A DNA stretch of 64,000 nt from Lama guanicoe (Eukaryota): positions 7,660,358 through 7,724,357 of the forward strand of contig MU054187.1 of the NCBI GenBank assembly GCA_013239625.1, written 5' to 3'. How positions within the stretch are numbered: position 1 is the stretch's first letter; every line of letters begins with the position of its first letter. Positions 61,691 through 64,000 of the stretch are shown here, piece by piece. The notes beneath the pieces are model-generated. The model searched no databases. It saw only the letters and a list, made by a program, of their open reading frames with translations, and was not told the DNA's origin. The position numbers were made by a program, and so were the translations under genes.

Positions 61691-64000
61691 AAAACCTTTT
61701 CCGATTCACTGGCACAAGCCCGTATCCCTGAAATTATTCGAAGTTCTTGGTTTTACCCTAACAATTCCCACACACTTAGCATTCTCTTCAACAATATAAA
61801 TATATTCATTTAAATATAAAACATGTTTAAATTTTCATTTAAATTACTTAACTTTCTGCCTCAAAATTTTCAAGTAAAATTTATTTTCCAGGAGGAGATG
61901 TCATATTTATTATATAGTTTCTCATTCTCTTGACACAATTCTGCATGTGCCAGGTGGCACATCTACTGCAATTTTAGAAACACAAGCTTGAGGAACTGTG
62001 CGCACAAGTATAATAGGGAACTTCTGAATACAAAAAGTTTTTGGGACTCGAAGACATGGAATTGTAATCATGGGATAATAGGCTTTGGTGCAAGGAGACC
62101 CATTTGGGACTTTACAAATAGGCAGCACTCACTCCACCCTCAGATGAGGCTTTTTTTATAGGGGAATACATAAATATAAAAATTCCATAAGGTAGCGACT
62201 AGGGAAGTTCACAATCTGAATTTCAACAACTTTATTGAAATAGCTCTTTGCAAGCAGAGCTATCCCACATTATAAAGTGTGATAGATGACACTGAAGGAA
62301 ACAGTAAAGCTAATGCTTCTGGGAAGTGTTTTTTTCTTTTCTTTCCTAATTCTCAGGTTATTATTTCCCTACATCACACAGTCTTTTAGATCATGGACTA
62401 CTGAGATCAGATTTTTCACGAAGTGAGTTTAAACCCCTGTTTTTCGAAGGGCTCACGTTTTATGGGTGTGAAAAATAGTGCAGATGCTTGATTCACGCTC
62501 TGTGAAAACCCTGATTTCCTATGCAGAGCCCAATGTGTATAAACTGAGGAGGCTGGACAATGATCAAGACATCAAACCTTTCATCAAGTTTCTTTCAAGT
62601 GAATTTCTTAAGCAGTTGCTCACCCACCATTTGCCATAGAGTAGAATATACTTCATTCAAAAGGGTTATTTCAACATCTGCATGATTCCAGAAATCCTGA
62701 AGAAATGAGAAAAATTCAGCCAAGTATCCTGATGCCTTGGTTCACCTCTTAGCAAAGACTTCAGTAACTGAAGGCGTAAGGATTTTTGTCTTTACATCTT
62801 TATTCATTGAATCATAAGGCTGCAATGAACTCTGGATATGGTGTAATCTCTTCTCTGGCCACTGGTCTAAACAGTGGCCCAATGAAGGGCTTCATCATTT
62901 CCACCTCTTTCCCTATATTTTATTTTCATGAGCTGTCTTCACATAGGAGGCTCTAGAATGCTACACAGCAGTCATAAAACAAGCAGGTAATTTAATATCC
63001 CACCTCCAAGTCTTCTGCAATGGCAGCATTTCAGCAAGAAAGGAGAATTTCATGCTTCACCTTCTGCTCTCATTCCTCTGACCTAAAGGGCACTGACTCC
63101 AACGTCTGCTGCTTCATTTTGAGCTGCAGGATTATATTTGAACAAACAGTGATTTTCTTCCCTTGACTGAGCCTCGACTTGTCTGCTTTTTTTCAAGTAA
63201 ACTAAAGGAAATTAAGATCACTTTGCTACTAAAAGGATAAATGGGCAAGAGAGATATCTTTCTGGTGTTAGGAAATATTTGCAGGGATCATCTGTGCCCC
63301 AGGACCCATTTGGATTTACCTTATCCCCTGCAAAAGAGAAAGTGTTGTCAGCTGTCATAGCTAAGAATAAGCTGTCTATATAGCTAAGAAAATAGCTACA
63401 AAACCTTGATATTTTCAGCAAATATACATAATTGAAGATGCTGAGAGCTATCCGGAATGTTTTATTAACCTTTGAATCACAGAAGGATTTTTTTTCACTG
63501 CATACAATACAATAAGAGTAAACAAACAAAACAACCAAATAAAGTACTCAAGAACTCTGAGTTCCCAACCCTTGTTTTTTCAATGTGTCCTAATTTGATG
63601 ATGGTGACTTAATCCTTGGTAGACAGTAACTTTTTGAGTGCTCTTCTATCTTGGTATCCACTTAAATGCTCCATGAAAACTACTGAATGTGCTTTCAAGA
63701 ATCTTACACACTAAAATAATTCCAACATACTAATTTTTTTTAAGGATGCACAAATAAAAGAGAGTACTTATTAAGTATCAATGAAGATTCTGGAATAGCA
63801 AATATCACTTATGGACTCTAGTAATTAAAGGCCATCGGTTTCAAGATGGCGGTGCTTAATTGGAGTCTACAACATTCAGTTTGATCATACCTTCCTTCTT
63901 AACTCTTCCATTGAGAAGTAATGAGTGGGTTCAGAAGCCCAAGCAGAGAAAAGGAAATTTAAATTTATCAGATGTCTGCCATGTTTTAGGTACTTTACAT

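Noticed and set aside
1..64000. CRISPR array, operon or other novel multi-gene system; host gene identity
   Set aside because: No spaced direct-repeat array or gene-dense structure is present. The sequence is mammalian non-coding DNA, and I recognised no exon that would name a gene.

Overview
This is 64 kb of AT-rich, non-coding mammalian DNA, either intronic or intergenic. It is most likely camelid (alpaca/llama/camel), inferred from a tRNA-Ala-derived vic-1-like SINE and cetartiodactyl-type L1 3' ends. I found no credible protein-coding exon, RNA gene, CRISPR array or prokaryotic feature; the ORF track looks like noise from microsatellites, repeats and chance. The supportable content is interspersed repeats (L1, L2, MIR, MLT1/MLT2, ERV solo LTRs, Tigger, MER33, MER103), microsatellites, one small CpG-rich island (~40.3-40.6 kb) and several repeat-free, motif-dense segments resembling enhancers. 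Repeat family names come from my recall of consensus sequences, not a database search, and boundaries of old elements are approximate. The best mechanistic observation is a minimal, apparently twin-primed inverted L1 insertion at ~18.0-18.15 kb. I could not identify a host gene and found no convincing new biological system.
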